64,000 nucleotides of DNA from Macrostomum lignano (Eukaryota). Positions within the stretch are counted from its first letter, which is position 1. Every line of letters starts with the position of its first letter. Location of the stretch: the NCBI GenBank assembly GCA_002269645.1, contig NIVC01000911.1, positions 349,298-413,297 of the forward strand, read 5' to 3'. The notes below the pieces were generated by a model. The model did not search any database and was not told the DNA's origin. It saw only the letters and a program-made list of their open reading frames with translations. Of this stretch, positions 13,301 to 25,300 are shown one piece after another. Made by a program: the position numbers and the translations under genes.

Positions 13301-16300
13301 CAGTCAGGCTTATCTACAATCGGCGCTACCTTCAGTCAGCCATGCTCATCAACAATCGGCGCCAACTCCTCCACCAGCCAGTCAGGCTTACCAACAATCG
13401 ACGCCACCTCCAGCCAGTCAGGCTTATCAACAATTCGTGCCAACTCCACCACCAGCCAGTCAGGCTTATCAACAATCGACGACACCTCCAGCCAGTCAGG
13501 CTTACCAACAATCGATGCCACTTCCAGCTAGTCAGGCTTACCAACAATCGACGCCACCTCCAGCCAGTCAGGCTTATCAACAATCGACGCCACCTCCAGC
13601 CAGTCAGGCTTACCAGCAATCGACGCCACCTCCAGCCAGTCAGGCTTATCAACAATCGGCGCCACCTCCATCCAGTCAGGCTTACCAACAATCGACGCCA
13701 CCTCCAGCCAGTCAGGCTTATCAACAATCGGCGCCACCTCCATCCAGTCAGGCTTACCAACAATCGACGCCACCTCCATCCAGTCAGGCTTATCAACAAT
13801 CGGCGCCACCACCAGCCAGTCAAGCTTATCAACAATCGGGGCCAACTTTAGCGCCTCCAGCCAGTCAGGCTTATCAACTATTGGCGCCACCTTCAGCCAG
13901 TCAGGCTTATCTACAATCGGCGCTACCTTCAGTCAGCCATGCTCATCAACAATCGGCGCCAACTCCTCCACCAGCCAGTCAAGTTTATCAACAATCGGCG
14001 CCAACTCTACCGCCTCCAGTCAGCCAGGCTCATCAACAATCGGCGCCAACTCTACCTCCAGTCAGCCAGGCTCATCAACAATCGGCGCCACTTCCATCTG
14101 CTAGGCAGGCTTATCAACAATCAATGCCACCAGAAAGTCAGGCTTATCAACAATCGGCGCCAACTCCTCCACCAACCAGTCAGGCTTATCAACAATCGGC
14201 GCCAACTCCAGTCAGCCAGGCTTATCAACAATCGGCGCCAACTCCACCACCAGCCAGTCAATCTTATCAACAATCGATGCCACCCGAAAGTCAGGCTCAT
14301 CAACAATCGGCGCCACCTTTTGGAGCCAGTCAGGCTTATCAACAAGCATCGCCACCACCAGCCAGTCAGGCTTATCAACAACCGGCGCCACCTTCAGTAA
14401 GCCAGGCTTATCAACAACCGGCGCCACCTCCAGACAGCGAGGCTTATCAACAACCGGCGCCACCTCCAGCCAGCCAGGCTTATCGTCTATCGGCGCCACC
14501 GCCACCTCCGGCACCCAGTCAGGCTTATCAACAATCGGCGCCACTTCCGTCTGCCAAACAGGCTTATCAACAATTGGCGCCACCTGCATCTGCCAGTCAG
14601 GCTTATCAAATATTCACACCAAGCATGGCAAGTTATTATTCCCAGTCTTCCACTGCAGTGACCACAGCTTTAACCAGCCAACCCTTGACTGCTTTGCCTA
14701 ACCAGTTTGCTCCAATGGCAAAACAACAACAACAGCAGCCGCAATTCTATCAACCATATAGCGCTGCAAACGATGACAAAGGCACCGCCGCTGCATTTTT
14801 TGATCACGGCAGCGACGAAGATGTCGATGTTAGAAAAGCTGGCGAAGTTGCTAGCGCTTCTGGTTCTGCAGCCGCCGCTAGTCCGAGAGAGGAGGCAACT
14901 ACAGCTTTGAGTGTAAGCAGCTTCCAGCTGCCGCCGCTGCCTCCGCCGCCTGTGCAGCAACAGCCGAAACAGCAACCTTCACATTCAACAGCGGCTGACG
15001 ATTTCAATCCTCAAGGATATCTTTACTTGCAACCAGGTCATCTGCAACAGCAGCAACAAGATAGTCAATTGGAACGAACCCTGACTCCGCCTGATAGTCG
15101 TCGGGCGATGTATCAGCCTCAGTATTCGCAACAGCAGCAACAGCCCGTGTCTTCTAGACCACCCTCTGTGCCAGCGGCTCCGTCATCTCAGGCTCAGGCT
15201 GCCTTTCATCAATCCAGCCCATTGATACCACAGCAGCAGCAGGCTCAGCCTCAGCCTCATCCACCAAAGGCTCAAATTCGAATGCCTGGCCTATCGGACA
15301 CTGCTAGGCCTAGCAGCGAAATTCAATCAATTATGGCCGAGTTAAAACCTAGCCGTCAGGTGCTAAGCGTGTCTCAACAGCAGCAACAGTTACAGGCGGC
15401 TCGACAGCAGCAGCAGCTACAGCAGCAGCAGCAATTGCAACAGCAGATGCAATTGTTGCAGCAGCAACAGCAACAGCTTCAACAGCAGTTATTGCAACAG
15501 CAATACGGTCGCTCGTCTAATAAACACTCTCGTACAACATCCAAGACGTCTAGTTTAGCTTCGAATAATTCCATAGAATTAGGCAGTTCGGCTACAGGCT
15601 TGCCAAACATGCCATCGGCTGTACAACAATCGCAACCGCAGCCGCAGTTGTACCCGAGTTCCAGTCTGTTTCCTTATCAGCAGCACCAGCAATACGGTTA
15701 TTCACCAGCTGGTAGCAGGACAGCCAGTAGGCCCACCAGCAGGCCGGCAAGTCGAGCTGGCAGTGTCGCTAGCGAGTTGGCCGCCTCAGCATCCAGCCCG
15801 GCGCTGGGCAGCCTTGCCCAACAGTACGAGCAGTACTTTGATAATTGTATCAGACAGCAGCCGCAGAATGCCGCGTATTTTCATCAGCAGCGACAGGAGT
15901 ATAGGAATTATTTTCTTAACTACATGAACTATGTCCAACAGGCGCAGTACGATGGAGACGGCGATGGCGATTATGCTCAACCGTCTGGTCGGTGCACTCC
16001 GTTAAAGTTCAATTTGCCTCACGCCAGACTGGGACTGGACGCTCCGGGACTTGTTGTACAGGTGGGATTGATATTGTCTGATCTGGATTTTTGTGAAATG
16101 GAGTTTTGTGAGAGAGAATCGCTCTTAGACTAATTCTATCTGAGTGAGAATCGGCCTTTACCTACCTGAGAGAGTGAGAGAATCGCCCTTTACCTACCTG
16201 AGAGAGAGAATCGCCCTTTACCTACCTGAGAGAGAGAATCGCCCTTTACCTACCTGAGAGAGAGAATCGCCCTTTACCTACCTGAGGGAGAGAATCGCCC

Positions 16301-19300
16301 TTTACCTACCTGAGAGTGAGAGAGAGAATCGCCCTTTACCTACCTGAGAGAGAGAGAGAATCGCCCTTTACCCACCTGAGAGTGAGAGAGAGAATCGCCC
16401 TTTACCTACCTGAGAGAGAGAGAGAGAATCGCCCTTTACCTACCTGAGAGTGAGAGAGAGAATCGCCCTTTACCTACCTGAGAGAGAGAATCGCCCTTTA
16501 CCTACCTGAGAGTGAGAGAGAGAATCGCCCTTTACCTACCTGAGGGAGAGAATCGCCCTTTACCTACCTGAGAGTGAGAGAGAGAATCGCCCTTTACCTA
16601 CCTGAGAGAGAGAGAGAATCGCCCTTTACCTACCTGAGAGTGAGAGAGAGAATCGCCCTTTACCTACCTGAGAGTGAGAGAGAGAGAGAGAGAGAGAGAA
16701 TCGGCCTTTACCTACCTGAGAGAGAGAATCGCCCTTTACTTACCTGAGAGAGAATCGCCCTTTACCTACCTGAGAGTGAGAGAGAGAATCGCCCTTTACC
16801 TACCTGAGGGAGAGAATCGCCCTTTACCTACCTGAGAGTGAGAGAGAGAATCGCCCTTTACCTACCTGAGAGAGAGAGAGAATCGCCCTTTACCTACCTG
16901 AGAGTGAGAGAGAATCGCCCTTTACCTACCTGAGAGTGAGAGAGAATCGCCCTTTACCTACCTGAGGGAGAGAATCGCCCTTTACCTACCTGAGAGAGAA
17001 TCGCCCTTTACCTACCTGAGAGAGAGAATCGGCCTTTACCTACCTGAGAGAGAATCGCCCTTTACCTACCTGAGAGAGAGAATCGCCCTTTACCTACCTG
17101 AGAGAGAATCGCCCTTTACCTACCTGAGAGAGAGAATCGCCCTTTACCTACCTGAGGGAGAGAATCGCCCTTTACCTACCTGAGAGTGAGAGAGAATCGC
17201 CCTTTACCCACCTGAGGGAGAGAATCGCCCTTTACCTACCTGAGGGAGAGAATCGCCCTTTACCTACCTGAGAGTGAGAGAGAGAGAGAGAGAGAGAGAA
17301 TCGGCCTTTACCTACCTGAGAGAGAGAATCGCCCTTTACTTACCTGAGAGAGAATCGCCCTTTACCTACCTGAGAGTGAGAGAGAGAATCGCCCTTTACC
17401 TACCTGAGGGAGAGAATCGCCCTTTACCTACCTGAGAGTGAGAGAGAGAATCGCCCTTTACCTACCTGAGAGAGAGAGAGAATCGCCCTTTACCTACCTG
17501 AGAGTGAGAGAGAATCGCCCTTTACCTACCTGAGAGTGAGAGAGAATCGCCCTTTACCTACCTGAGGGAGAGAATCGCCCTTTACCTACCTGAGAGAGAA
17601 TCGCCCTTTACCTACCTGAGAGAGAGAATCGGCCTTTACCTACCTGAGAGAGAATCGCCCTTTACCTACCTGAGAGAGAGAATCGCCCTTTACCTACCTG
17701 AGAGAGAATCGCCCTTTACCTACCTGAGAGAGAGAATCGCCCTTTACCTACCTGAGGGAGAGAATCGCCCTTTACCTACCTGAGAGTGAGAGAGAATCGC
17801 CCTTTACCCACCTGAGGGAGAGAATCGCCCTTTACCTACCTGAGGGAGAGAATCGCCCTTTACCTACCTGAGAGAGAATCGCCCTTTACCTACCTGAGAG
17901 AGAGAATCGCCCTTTACCTACCCGAGAGAGAGAATCGCCCTTTACCTACCTGAGGGAGAGAATCGCCCTTTACCTACCTGAGAGTGAGAGAGAATCGCCC
18001 TTTACCTACCTGAGGGAGAGAATCGCCCTTTACCTACCTGAGGGAGAGAATCGCCCTTTACCTACCTGAGGGAGAGAATCGCCCTTTACCTACCTGAGGG
18101 AGAGAATCGCCCTTTACCTACCTGAGGGAGAGAATCGCCCTTTACCTACCTGAGGGAGAGAATCGCCCTTTACCTACCTGAGGGAGAGAATCGCCCTTTA
18201 CCTACCTGAGAGTGAGAGAGAATCGCCCTTTACCTACCTGAGGGAGAGAATCGGCCTTTACCTACCTGAGAGAGAGAATCGCCCTTTACCTACCTGAGGG
18301 AGAGAATCGCCCTTTACCTACCTGAGAGTGAGAGAGAATCGCCCTTTACCTACCTGAGGGAGAGAATCGCCCTTTACCTACCTGAGAGAGAGAATCGCCC
18401 TTTACCTACCTGAGAGTGATAGAGAGGGAGAGAATCGCCCTTTACCCAAATTGCCCAGGTACCAGCAGCCAGACCAGATGAAGGCGAGCCAGCCCGCGTG
18501 CATCTACTCGAAAGCTCGTGCGTTGTTAGCGAAGCAGAAAAACTCGAATTCGTCTCCTTTCCCGGGCCGCTAGTTCGCGGTAAAACTTTAAAAAGCGAAG
18601 TTCGAGCCTATTTGAATGGCAAACTGCAACAGCTGCAAGATCGACTGGCTGGCGACTGGGATAGCGCGACTCTGCTTATTGGCTATCTTGACTTTCTCAT
18701 TCGGAATAATGGGGTGAGCTGCAGCTGCTACTGACGGGGTGTTAAATGTAATTATTAACAGCCGTCATAAAGGCATATTTACACAAATTGCAGGTGTGAA
18801 AATATACACTTAATTATAGTGATATTTAGACAGAAACATCTAGACCGCTATACAAGGGCAGGCTTATCAAGACTAACACTAACACAGACGCTCGAAGACA
18901 GGCACATTAAAAAAGACACATTAAGATAGGCATACTAAGACAGACACCTTAAGACAGTCGCATTAAGACAGGCACATTAAGACAGTCGCATTAAGACAGA
19001 TACCTTAAGACAGTCGCATTGACACCGGCACATTAAGACAGACACCTTAAGACAGGCACCTTAAGACAGGTGCATTAAAACTGGCACCTTGAGACAGTCG
19101 CATTAAGACAGATACCTTAGGACAGTCGCATTGAAACCGGCACATTAAGACAGACACCTTAAGACAGTCGAATTAAGACAGATACCTTAGGACAGTCGCA
19201 TTAAGACAGATACCTTAAGACAGTCGCATTGAAACCGGCACATTAAGACAGACACCTTAAGACAGGCACCTTGAGACAGGCGCATTAAGACAGATAGATA

Positions 19301-22300
19301 CCTTAAGACAGGTGCACTAAGACAGGCACATTAAGACAGTCACCTTGAGACAGACATATTAAGACAGTCACCTTGAGACAGACATATTAAGACAGTCACC
19401 TTGAGACAGACATATTAAGACAGTCACCTTGAGACAGACATATTAAGACAGTCACCTTGAGACAGACATATTAAGACAGTCACCTTGAGACAGACATATT
19501 AAGACAGTCACATTGAGACAGACATATTAAGACAGTCATCTTGAGACAGACATATTAAGACAGTCACCTTGAGACAGACATATTAAGACAGTCACCTTGA
19601 GACAGACATATTAAGACAGTCACCTTGAGACAGACTTATTAAAGCAGTCACCTTGAGACAGACATATTAAGACAGTCACATTGAGACAGACTTATTAAGA
19701 CAGTCACCTTGAGACAGACATATTAAGACAGTCACCTTGAGACAGACATATTAAGAGAGTCACCTTGAGACAGACATATTAAGACAGTCACCTTGAGACA
19801 GACTTATTAAAGCAGTCACCTTGAGACAGACATATTAAGACAGTCACCTTGAGACAGGTAGCACTAAGACTTTACACCCGAAGCCGCGCGCTAATACAAA
19901 AGTGCATAATCAATAAAATAAATAATTAAGCACCAGATATTAGTGCATGTGCACTATACAAAGACTGAGTGTTAATCACCGTCTCCCATCTCTATCTCCC
20001 TCTTCCTCACCACCAGATAACAATGGGCGCAGATCTGACCGACCTACTCCTAGAAGGTCACGAGCCTCGCACCTCCGAATATCGCGATCACGGCCTCGCT
20101 ATTCGGACTAATTCGTCCGATAATTTTGCTTCGTTGCCTCCAAGCGAACCGCCTAGCGGCAGGGCCAGCCCTACTGGCAGCGTGACCAGCATGCGGTCTG
20201 CCGGTCTCAGACAGCAGCAGCAGCAGCCGCCGTATTCTCTGCAGTCAAGCCAGGTGGCCCAGTTGATTGAACGACATGACGACAGGTTGATTGACAGGTT
20301 TCGCAAGTTGCTAATGTACGGACGGAAACGCGAGGCTTTGGAGTACGCTGGCAAACACGGCTTGTGGGGACAGGTGAGGTTTTTGTTTCGATTATATATT
20401 TGAAATTTATTAAAATATCTCTATCTTTATTCAGTATTTATCATTTATTAAGTGGACACTAATCGCTCCTGAACTTCAATCGGAATCGATCTTAATCCCT
20501 ACTCAAAACAGCCCCTAATCCTATTTAGAATCTCTTTAATCTTACTTATGGATTGAATCGCCCCTAATCTCTAAATAAAGTCGCTCCAATACTCACTTAG
20601 AGCCGCCCCTAATCCCTACTTAGAAACTCCCTAATTCCCAATTAGAATCTCCATAATCTCCAATTAAAATCACCCCTAATCTTTATTCAAAATCGCTCCT
20701 TAGTCCGAATTAGAATCGCCCCCAAAATTCCTACTTAGTATCGCTCCTAATTCTTTCTTAGAATCGCCTTTAATCCTTACTTAGAATTACCTGAATCCCT
20801 ACTTAGAATCACACCTGATCCCTACTTGCAATCGTCCCTAATACCTACTTATAAGCGCACCTAATCCGTACTGAGAATTGCCCCTAAGCCCTACTAAAGA
20901 TCGCCCTAATCCCCACTTAGAATGACACCTAAACCCTACTAAGAATCGCCCTAATCCCCACTTAGAATGACCCCTAATCTTTACTTAAAATCTCCTTAAT
21001 CCCTAATTAGAATCGCCCCTAATCCCTACTTAGAATTAACGTCATCTTTACTCAAAATCGCCCAAAATCCCCTAATTAGGAATCACCTATAATGCAGAAT
21101 TAAAGAACTAATCAAGCAGTATCTCTTACTCAACCGCAACACTGACAGGCGCTGTTCCTATCCTACAACATGGACCCTGGCGTGCACGCCAAGATGCTGG
21201 TCCGCTTTGCCAATCAAGCGATGCGAATGAACGACCCGCTTCAGACGCTCTACCAGTACATGCAAGGCCAAATGCCAGCCGTCACTGCCGGATTAATGGA
21301 TACGACCGATTCTGCTTGGGGAGACTGGAGGCCTCATCTGGCTATGCTGCTGTCAAATCAGCCAGATAGACCCGAACTGGCTTCTCAGGCTATCGCTCAG
21401 ATGGGCGACACTCTGGCCGCTAGGAGACTGCTGTACGCTTCCCAACTGTGCTATCTTATGGCTGGCGTACCGTTCTCCCAGTTCGGCTGCGATCGACAGG
21501 TATTGTAGCTTGTTTTGCAGCTGATTTCCGGACACCAGTACGTTCACTGCATATCTAGCTTGTTCATTAGACACCAAACCCTATTCACCGGACATATTCC
21601 TATTCACCGGACACTCATCCCTATTCACCGGACACTTATCCCTATTCACCGGACACATCTTTATTCACCGGACACGCATCCCTATTCACCGGACACTCAT
21701 TCCTATTCACCGGACACTTATCCCTATTTACCGGACGCTTATCTTTATTCACCGGACACTTATTCCTATTCACCGGACACTCATTCCAATTCACCGGACA
21801 CTTATTCCTATTTACCGGACGCTTATCTTTATTCACCGGACACTTATTCCTATTCACCGGACACTTATTCCTATTAACCGGACCCTCATTCCTATTCACC
21901 GGACACTTATCCCTATTCACCGGACACTTATCCCTATTCACCGGACATATTCCTATTCACCGGACACTTATCCCTATTCGCCGGACACTTATCCCTATTT
22001 ACCGGACGCTTATCTTTATTCACCGGACACTTATCCCTATTCACCGGACACATCTTTATTCACCGGACACGCATCCCTATTCACCGGACACTCATTCCTA
22101 TTCACCGGACACTTATCCCTATTTACCGGACGCTTATCTTTATTCACCGGACACTTATTCCTATTCACCGGACACTCATTCCAATTCACCGGACACTTAT
22201 CCCTATTTACCGGACGCTTATCTTTATTCACCGGACACTTATTCCTATTAACCGGACCCTCATTCCTATTCACCGGACACTTATCCCTATTCACCGGACA

Positions 22301-25300
22301 CTCATCCCTATTCACCGGGCACTCATCCCTATTCACCGGACACTTATCCCTATTCGCTGGACACTTATCCCTATTTACCGGACGCTTATATTTATTCACC
22401 GGACACTTATTCCTATTCACCGGACACTTATTCCTATTAACCGGACCCTCATTCCTACTCACCGGACACTTATTCCTATTCACCAGACACTCATTCCTAC
22501 TCACCGGACACTTATTCCTACTCACCGGACACTTATTCCTATTCACCAGACACTTATTCCTATTCACCGGACAATTATCCCTATTCACCGGACACTTATC
22601 TTTATTCACCGGACACTCATCCCTATTCACCGGACACTTATCTTTAATAACCGGACACTCATCCCTATTCACAGGACACTTATCTTTAATAACCGGACAC
22701 TCATCCCTATTCACAGGACACTCATCCCTATTCACCGGACACTTATTCCTATTCACCGGACACTTATCCCTATTCACCGGACACTAATCTTTATTCACCG
22801 GATACTTATTCCTATTCACCGGACACTCATCCCTATTTACCGGACACCCATCCCTATTCGCCGGACACAACCCCATGATACAAACAAGAATCTGTATGAC
22901 CACACACAAGAATCTTTATGACCAGACACAAGAATCTGTATGACCAGACACAAGAATCTTTATGAGCAGACACAAGAATCTGTATAACTAGACACAAGAA
23001 TCTGTATGAGGAGACACAAGAATCTGTCGGAGGAGACACAAGAATTTGTATGAGCAGACACAATAATCTGTATGAGCAGACACAGGGATCTGTATGAACA
23101 GACACAATAATCTGTATGAGCAGACACAATAATCTGTATGAGCAGACACAAGAATCTGTATGAGCAGACACAAGAATCTGTCGGAGGAGACACAAGAATC
23201 TGTATGAGCAGACACAATAATCTGTATGAGCAGACACAGGGATCTGTATGAGCAGACACAATAATCTGTATGAGCAGACACAAGAATCTGTCGGAGGAGA
23301 CACAAGAATCTGTATGAGCAGACACAATAATCTGTATGAGCAGACACAGGGATCTGTATGAGCAGACACAATAATCTGTATGAGCAGACACAATAATCTG
23401 TATGAGCAGACACAAGAATCTGTATGAGCAGACACAAGAATCTTACTGCTTCTCAAATTTTAACCTCTGTCAGGCAAAGATAGTTCTCATCGGCGCCAGA
23501 CACCACGACTTCGATAGTGCCGCAGCTTCAAGAAGTTCAAACGCCAATTTATTCGCCACCAATGAAGCTATCCAGCTCACTGAAGTATTCGAATATGCAA
23601 TGAGTCTGTCCGACAAAGACTACCAATTGGGTCACTTGCTGCCGTACAAGTTCATGTACGCTACTAGACTGTTGGATGCGGGCATGATTGAGGAGGCTTT
23701 CCAGTATTGTCAGGTATTATTGATTGATTTATTGCATCTGAATTTTTTCGTCAAAAATATCCTAAATTATTAGAAAAAAAATTATCCCCAAAGCGTCAAT
23801 AAGTATCAGAATAGGAGAGAATTATCCCCAAAGCTTCAATAAGTATCAGAATAGGGGAGAATTATCCCCAAAGCTTCAATAAGTATCATAAAAGGGGAGA
23901 ATTATCCCCAAAGCGTTAATAAGTATCAGAATAGGAGAGAATTATCCCCAAAGCGTCAATAAGTATCAGAATAGGGGAGAATTATCCCCAAAGCTTCAAT
24001 AAGTATCAGAATAGGGGAGAATTATCCCTAAAGCCCCATTAATCCCCATGAATCAAAGGAAAACCCGCCACCCCAAATCCCAGGTGATCGGCAGATCGCT
24101 GCTCAACCAGCAGCAGTCTCCAGACCAGGCCGCATTCGCCACCGACACTCTGGTCCGCGAGACTCTCCGTCTATCCGAGCGGCTTCAGTGCCACCCGGCT
24201 TGCGAGATGTCCCTCGACCAGCCTGATTGGCTGAGCCAGCTCAGGCAGTACTACACAGCTGGCCAGTTGCCATGCCAACTGTCGCAGGACCAGCAGGTGT
24301 ACCAGTCTCAGTACTGGCAACAGCAGCAACAGCAACTAGACGAAGTAGATCCATCAGTAGCGACAGCTCCGTTTTCTAGCTACGCGGCTGCTAAAACACC
24401 TGTTAGTTATTCACCTCTGCGTCAGCAACAACAGCAGCAGCAGCATAGAGATTCTCCTCTGTCATTTGGCGATGTCAACTCTTATAAACAGCAGCAGCAG
24501 CATCTGGCAATGCGCAAGGACTCTGTATCGAGTGTGTCTCAGCATTCTAACGCTGGTTCCAGTCTGCACCAGCAGCCGCCTCCTCCGCCGCCGCCACCGC
24601 CGCAACAGCATCAACCGTCAAGTCCTCCTGGCACCTCCGGCTCGGGTGGTGGCACCGTATTTGATTATTATGGCGCGGTGCAGAGCAGCGGTCAGCAGGT
24701 GAGTGTGTCTAAACTATATTCTATTTACTTTTCTAGCTCGTTAATATGCCTTGTTTTGTTGTGCTTTCTGTCTTTTATATTGATGCTTTTTTTCATGTCT
24801 GATCTTTGAGTTAACCCTTCCATATCCCTAGTTTCTTGGCCATCTCAGCTCCTCAGTTGCTGGGCCACCAGCCTCCCAGATCCTCAGTTTCTGGGCCACC
24901 AGCCTCCCAGATCCTCAGTTGCTGGGCCACCAGCCTCCCAGATCCTCAGTTGCTGGGCCACCAGCCTCCCAGATCCTCAGTTGCTGGGCCAGCAGCTCCC
25001 CGATCCTCAGTTTCTGGGCCACCAGCCTCCCAGATCCTCAGTTGCTGGGCCACCAGCCTCCCAGATCCTCAGTTGCTGGGCCACCAGCCTCCCAGATCCT
25101 CAGTTTCTGGGCCACCAGCCTCCCAGATCCTCAGTTGCTGGGCCAGCAGCTCCCCGATCCTCAGTTTCTGGGCCACCAGCCTCCCAGATCCTCAGTTGCT
25201 GGGCCACCAGCCTCCCAGATCCTCAGTTGCTGGGTCACCAGCCTCCCAGATCCTCAGTTGCTGGGCCACCAGCCTTACCAGATCCTCAGTTGCTGGGCCA

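Noticed and set aside
12168-14589. Many alternative-frame and antisense ORFs over the SEC16 repeat (LLISLTGWRWRR, PIVDKPDWLEV, RLINNRRHLQ)
   Set aside because: They are shadow frames of the SQAYQQ coding repeat; only the + frame is continuous with the Sec16 domains.
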